From positions 2,688,001 to 2,752,000 of the forward strand of contig OY762654.1 of NCBI GenBank assembly GCA_963666205.1: DNA of 64,000 bases, read 5' to 3'. The position numbers were made by a program, and so were the translations under genes. The stretch's first letter is position 1, and the number at the start of each line of letters is the position of its first letter. Positions 59,113-64,000 of the stretch are shown piece by piece. The stretch is from Synergistales bacterium. Its GTDB lineage: Bacteria; Synergistota; Synergistia; Synergistales; JAFGMB01. The notes under the pieces are model-generated. The model did no database searches and was not told where the DNA came from. It saw only the letters and a program-made list of their open reading frames with translations.

Positions 59113-61692
59113 GTGTTTACTCTGCAGGGAAATACATTGCTGCTCATAGATGGCCATGCCATGGCCTACAGATCCTTTTATGCATTACCTGAACTGACAG
59201 CCCCTGATGGGACACCTACCAATGCAATACTCGGTTTTTTCAACATGATACTGAAAATAATGGATGAATGGGATCCATCTGAAGTCATAGTGGTATTCGA
59301 TGCCAAGGGGCCTACCTTCAGGCATGAAAGCTATGAAGATTACAAAAAAGGCAGAAAACCGACGCCGGAAGAGTTCAAGATCCAGCTCCCCATCCTCCAG
59401 TCAATGCTTCGTTCCTTCGGCATGAAAGTGGAAATTCGGGAAGGAGTCGAGGCAGACGATGTGATAGCCTCTACTGCTATCAAGTCGAGCAAAGAAGGAC
59501 GAGATGTTTTAGCTCTTTCTTCTGACAAGGACCTCATGCAGATCCTTCGCCCTGGAATCAGAATGATACGTCCCCTTGTAGGAATATCCAGTTTCAAGAT
59601 ATATGACACTGAAACTTTTACAGATGAGTATGGTTTTGCCCCTTCGCAAATGCCCGATTATCTGGCGCTTCTGGGAGACAAAATAGATAATGTACCAGGG
59701 GTGCCTGGAGTAGGTAAGAAAACTGCTTCAGAGCTTATCATCAGTTACGGGTCACTTGAAGGTATAAAAGAGAAAATAGCGGAACTGAAGCCGTCTCTGA
59801 AGAAAAAAATGGAGGAAAACTTTGAACAGGCAATAGTGAGCAGAGATCTGGTGTTTCTGAAAACAGATGTTCCCTTCGAGGAAAGAAAAGGCCAAAACGA
59901 AGAGATCAACCACGCTGTTTTTATTCGATTCTGTGAAAGACTGGGATTAAAAAAGATCCTTGAACGGACTAAGGACAGGATAGGCACAGGAGAAGGTACA
60001 GAACAGACCTTGGAAGCTGAATATCCTTCAAGCAGGGAAATAAAAGCAGTTCCAATGGAAGATTTACTCAGAAATACTGAACTTGCCTGCAGCTTTATTG
60101 TGGAAGGAGAATATCCCCTTGCCCTTAAACTGAGGTCCTTTTCTCTCATGGCAGATGATGGCAAATACTGTGTGGTTAATCTCAATGGAGAAGAACTGCC
60201 CCATACCCTGAAAACATGGTTCAGGGAAAACAGTCTTGTAACAGATAATTTTAAAACTCTCCAGGCACTTCTTGGAGGAGATTCACCCCTGCCGGATAAT
60301 GTCTTTGATATAAAGACCGTTCATTACCTTCTTCATCCCGATAGCTCTTCTCACGACCTGGAAGCAGTACTTGGAACAAAACCATGTAATGAGTCAGATA
60401 CCCTGCTCTCCATCTGGAGAGCAAAAGAAATGCTTGCACCCCAAATTGCAGATAAAGGCCTCGAAAGGGTGTTAAGGGATATAGATATGCCCCTTATCCC
60501 GGTGCTTTTGTCCATGGAGAATTATGGAATAAAACTGGATCAGGATCATTTCTTTGAATTGCGGTCAGACCTTAATTCAAGAATAGAGCAAATAGAGCTG
60601 GAAATTGCAGAAGCAGCTAAAACCAGAATTAACCTGAATTCTCCAAAACAGGTGGCATGGCTTCTCTTTGAACATATGGGTCTACCCGCACATAAAAAAA
60701 CAAAGACAGGATATTCTACCAATATTCAGGTACTGGAAGAACTGGCCAGTCTCCCTGAACCATCCAACACAATCCCTAAATTTCTTCTTGAACACAGGGA
60801 GATTTCCAAAATGTCCTCAGGATTTGTGGACCCTCTTTTAAAGGCAGTCCATCAATCTACAGGATGTGTACATGGGACCTTTGAAACCACTACAACAGGA
60901 ACTGGAAGGCTCAGCAGCAGGGATCCGAATCTTCAGAATCTACCTGTTTATGGATATTGGTCACAAAGAATGAGAGAGGGCCTGGTACCTCATTCACCCC
61001 AAAGATGTTTTGTTGCGGCAGACTATTCCCAGGTCGAGCTGAGAGTACTTGCTCATCTTTGCGGTGATGAAAAACTTCTTCAGGCTTTCAGAGGAGACAG
61101 GGATATCCATACAGAAACAGCCTCCTGGGTATTCAATGTAGAGCCCTCATTCGTAACACCTGAATTGAGAAGAGTAGCGAAGATGATCAACTTCGGGATT
61201 CTCTATGGTATGAGCTCCTTTGGTCTTGCCCAGAGGATGGGTCTGGGCAGGTCTGAAGCATCCCAGATGATCAACAGGTATTTCAATGCCCTTCCAGGTG
61301 TAAGAGCCTTCATAGAGGAAACCTATGAACAGGCCAGGAGAGATGGATATACAAAAACCCTTTTTGGAAGAATCAGGCCCCTCGATGAAGTCACAACAAT
61401 AAATGGCAGAGATGCAGGTGCACTGAAACGAGTTGCAGTTAACAGTCCTATCCAGGGGACAGCAGCAGATATAGCAAAAATAGCCATGATAAATTTCCAC
61501 ACCCAGGTGGTTAAGGATAATCCGGATGTGGATCTTGTCCTTCAGGTTCATGACTCACTTGTCTGTGAATGCCCACTTGAGCAAAGAGAAACAGTGCAGA
61601 AACAGCTTGTGTCAATAATGGGAAAAGCCGCTACTCTTGACGTACCTCTTAAAGTTGAAGCGAAGTTCGGAAGCTCCATAGCTGATATTTGA
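59113..61692 (+). CDS. polA: DNA polymerase I
   Basis: 5'-3' exonuclease (IDG..YRSFYA, EADDV); TGRLSS.DPNLQN, ADYSQVELR, QVHD motifs. Confidence 0.96.
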   Translation: MFTLQGNTLLLIDGHAMAYRSFYALPELTAPDGTPTNAILGFFNMILKIMDEWDPSEVIVVFDAKGPTFRHESYEDYKKGRKPTPEEFKIQLPILQSMLRSFGMKVEIREGVEADDVIASTAIKSSKEGRDVLALSSDKDLMQILRPGIRMIRPLVGISSFKIYDTETFTDEYGFAPSQMPDYLALLGDKIDNVPGVPGVGKKTASELIISYGSLEGIKEKIAELKPSLKKKMEENFEQAIVSRDLVFLKTDVPFEERKGQNEEINHAVFIRFCERLGLKKILERTKDRIGTGEGTEQTLEAEYPSSREIKAVPMEDLLRNTELACSFIVEGEYPLALKLRSFSLMADDGKYCVVNLNGEELPHTLKTWFRENSLVTDNFKTLQALLGGDSPLPDNVFDIKTVHYLLHPDSSSHDLEAVLGTKPCNESDTLLSIWRAKEMLAPQIADKGLERVLRDIDMPLIPVLLSMENYGIKLDQDHFFELRSDLNSRIEQIELEIAEAAKTRINLNSPKQVAWLLFEHMGLPAHKKTKTGYSTNIQVLEELASLPEPSNTIPKFLLEHREISKMSSGFVDPLLKAVHQSTGCVHGTFETTTTGTGRLSSRDPNLQNLPVYGYWSQRMREGLVPHSPQRCFVAADYSQVELRVLAHLCGDEKLLQAFRGDRDIHTETASWVFNVEPSFVTPELRRVAKMINFGILYGMSSFGLAQRMGLGRSEASQMINRYFNALPGVRAFIEETYEQARRDGYTKTLFGRIRPLDEVTTINGRDAGALKRVAVNSPIQGTAADIAKIAMINFHTQVVKDNPDVDLVLQVHDSLVCECPLEQRETVQKQLVSIMGKAATLDVPLKVEAKFGSSIADI

Positions 61693-61781
61693 TCTATTTT
61701 CAAAATAGGGGTAATTACTGACCGGTACTTGTGGTAAAATAACCAGTCGGTACAGGCATATAAGAGGGAGGACGATCAACC

Positions 61782-62831
61782 TTGGTAATGCGAACACTTC
61801 GTGAAAATGTTAAATGGATAATGGTAGCAATTGTTATACTTTTCTGCCTTTCTATCTTTGGGATGTATGGTTTTGGAAGCAGAGGTCCAAAGAAGGAAAC
61901 CGGGGCTAAGGATTATGCAGTTGCTGAAATTGATGGAAAAAAGGTAATGAGATCTGCCCTTGAGCGGAATCTCAGTTCTTATGTCGAGAGAGCTAATATT
62001 AAAGATATTACTTCTGCTGACGTTCCCAGGCTCTACCAGGCAACTCTGGACAACATGGTTATCCAGGCGGCCCTTTCCAGAGAAGCAGAAGCTCTTGGTG
62101 TAATAGCCACTGATGAAGAGGTAGAGGCACAGATCAAGGAGATCGAGAACCAGTTCCCGACTAAAGAGGCATTCCAGCAGTACATCGAGCAGAATGGAAT
62201 AGATATGAAGGATCTCCGCAAGAGCATATCAAATCAGTTAGCCCAGATGAGACTCATTGAAGAGTCTACGATGGCCATCACAACAACTGATGAAGAGGTT
62301 GCGGACTTCTATGAAAAAGCCAAAACCGTTTTCTTCCATCAGCCCGAAGGCTTCACTGTTAAACTTGCAAGGTTTAAAACAAAAGATTCAGCTCAGGATG
62401 TCTATCAGTTCCTTGATAACTACTGGACATGGGATGAAGCTCTTGAGGTTGTGTCTTCATCCGATATCACCGATGTTACAAGCGGAGATGCTACGGCCTT
62501 TGTCCCTGTTGCAGCTTTTACCGGACAGCTTGAATCAGTCAGGGATCTGCCTCTCAACAAAGTCAGTGAGGTTCTTGAAGTAGCAAGTGATGACTTCCTC
62601 CTTGTTATGAAAACAGGCAAAGTCGAAGAAAGTTTTACTCCCTTTGAAGAAGTTAGCGGAGATGTAAGGCAGATGATTGAAGGGCAGAAAAAGCAGCAGG
62701 CTCAGAGCAAATATATTGAAGAGATCAAGAACAACACTGACCTCAAGATCCTTGATGAGAGCCTTTTCCCGAAACCTGAAGAGAAAACAGAAGAAGCTGA
62801 ACAGGTAAGTGCTGACAAGCCCAAAGAATAA
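61782..62831 (+). CDS. SurA/PrsA-like peptidyl-prolyl isomerase chaperone
   Basis: N-terminal TM, SurA_N-type helical domain, degenerate parvulin region. Confidence 0.72.
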   Translation: MVMRTLRENVKWIMVAIVILFCLSIFGMYGFGSRGPKKETGAKDYAVAEIDGKKVMRSALERNLSSYVERANIKDITSADVPRLYQATLDNMVIQAALSREAEALGVIATDEEVEAQIKEIENQFPTKEAFQQYIEQNGIDMKDLRKSISNQLAQMRLIEESTMAITTTDEEVADFYEKAKTVFFHQPEGFTVKLARFKTKDSAQDVYQFLDNYWTWDEALEVVSSSDITDVTSGDATAFVPVAAFTGQLESVRDLPLNKVSEVLEVASDDFLLVMKTGKVEESFTPFEEVSGDVRQMIEGQKKQQAQSKYIEEIKNNTDLKILDESLFPKPEEKTEEAEQVSADKPKE

Positions 62832-62900
62832 TAAAGATGATTCAAGTGGGGCTATTCAGGATCCAATAGCAACAAACCGGTTTCTGGCCCAGAATTACTA

Positions 62901-62929
62901 TTGACATAAGTCAGATACTTGAATAGAAT
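62901..62929 (+). promoter_or_regulatory. Sigma70 promoter for the tRNA pair
   Basis: TTGACA-17-TAGAAT. Confidence 0.8.
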
Positions 62930-62949
62930 AAATCCCGCACTTGATGAAT

Positions 62950-63044
62950 GGTGGGTTGGCCGAGCTGGACGAAGGCGCTCGCCTGCTAAGCGAGTAAGGG
63001 GGCACAAACCTCCTTCGAGGGTTCGAATCCCTCACCCACCGCCA
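62950..63044 (+). tRNA. tRNA-Ser(GCT)
   Basis: GGTGGGT...ACCCACC-GCCA; ctcgc-ct-GCT-aa-gcgag; long variable arm. Confidence 0.95.
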
Positions 63045-63054
63045 TTTTTAAGGT

Positions 63055-63131
63055 GCGCCGGTAGCTCAGCTGGATAGAGCGGCGGTCTACGGAACCGCAG
63101 GTCACGAGTTCGAATCTTGTCCGGCGCGCCA
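63055..63131 (+). tRNA. tRNA-Arg(ACG)
   Basis: GCGCCGG...CCGGCGC-GCCA; gcggt-ct-ACG-ga-accgc. Confidence 0.95.
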
Positions 63132-63185
63132 TTTCTTCTCATATCTTACAAACACAGGCTTATTTACGTCTGTTAAAGCACTGAA

Positions 63186-63217
63186 GAGCGACGGAAAACC
63201 TTTAGAGACCGTCGCTC
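63186..63217 (+). terminator. Hairpin after tRNA-Arg
   Basis: gagcgacgg...ccgtcgctc 9-bp stem. Confidence 0.45.
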
Positions 63218-63391
63218 ATAAATTCGCTAATCCATCTCTTTTTTTATGAACTTTTTCCCCTTTTTCTTTTTAAATATAATAAACCTGCAATAATAACTAT
63301 TTCTTTCTCCTAAAATCATCTTCATTATTCTGAAAAATAAGAACAATTTCTATGGGAAGCCCTTTCTTTTATTTCAAAGGGAGGGTTAATT

Positions 63392-64000
63392 TTGTCAATT
63401 TATTATCATAATGATTCTGATCACAGCCTTTCATGGTCAATGGTATTGGAAGATTTTATTAATTTCAGAAAATCACAGGGAATTTCTGATAGAACCATTC
63501 AAGATTACCGCAATTATATTTCCACTTTTTTCAAGAGATACCCCGATTCACTTACATCAGAACACAAACTTAAAACCAATTCCTTTTCATTTCTCGCTTC
63601 TGCCAATACACCTTCAACATATAACCTCAGATTTGAATACCTGAGCATCTTTTTTAAATGGATGATGGATGAAGAACAAATTTCAAAATATCCTTTAAGA
63701 GGTTTGAAAAAAAGAAGGAATCCAGGCAGGTTCATTCCAGTGGATGTGAAAATAATCCAGCAACTAATAAAACTACCTGACTTGAAATCCTTTGCGGGCT
63801 TGAGAGATTATGCTCTAATTCTCACTACACTTGATACAGCAATAAGACCAGGGGAAGCGCTTCAGCTTTTACCTTCGGATGTAAACTTTCTTGGTTCAGA
63901 AATTCTTATCCCATCTCATATTGCCAAAACAAGACGTGCAAGATTACTACCAATATCGAACCCAGTCAAAGTAGCTTTGAAGAAACTGATGAGAGCAAGA
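63392..64000 (+). CDS. Tyrosine recombinase/integrase, 3'-truncated by window edge (absent from ORF track)
   Basis: GGAGG then TTG; open to the window end: MSIYY...SDRTIQDY...GLRDYALILTTLDTAIRPGEAL...AKTRRAR (catalytic R and K). Confidence 0.88.
   Translation, partial: MSIYYHNDSDHSLSWSMVLEDFINFRKSQGISDRTIQDYRNYISTFFKRYPDSLTSEHKLKTNSFSFLASANTPSTYNLRFEYLSIFFKWMMDEEQISKYPLRGLKKRRNPGRFIPVDVKIIQQLIKLPDLKSFAGLRDYALILTTLDTAIRPGEALQLLPSDVNFLGSEILIPSHIAKTRRARLLPISNPVKVALKKLMRAR

Noticed and set aside
63411-63735. Short ORFs listed in the track
   Set aside because: Alternative frames overlapping the integrase

Overview
Chromosomal window of an anaerobic bacterium, probably Synergistota-like (inferred from gene content). 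Housekeeping genes include miaB, comEA/comEC, coaX, dusB, lysS, ligA, gatCAB, an EF-G paralogue, pgi, gltX, polA and smpB-ssrA, plus tRNA-Pro, tRNA-Ser and tRNA-Arg. There are two energy-conservation loci: an StnABC/NfnABC-type three-gene flavoprotein complex and a complete 14-gene Mbh-type group 4 [NiFe] hydrogenase. The most notable feature is an integrase-less cassette at the tmRNA 3' end. It is bounded by ~188-bp direct repeats with integrase arm-like AGTATCC repeats and carries three putative restriction-type nucleases and no methyltransferase; a second, decayed cassette follows. Other highlights are a selenocysteine glutaredoxin (UPWC with a SECIS-like hairpin) missed by the ORF track, an MbhN subunit with an extra ferredoxin domain 36/54 identical to the C-terminus of the local NuoF/HydB-like protein, and a tyrosine integrase after tRNA-Arg at the right edge. 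Family assignments come from motif recognition only; no database searches were run.
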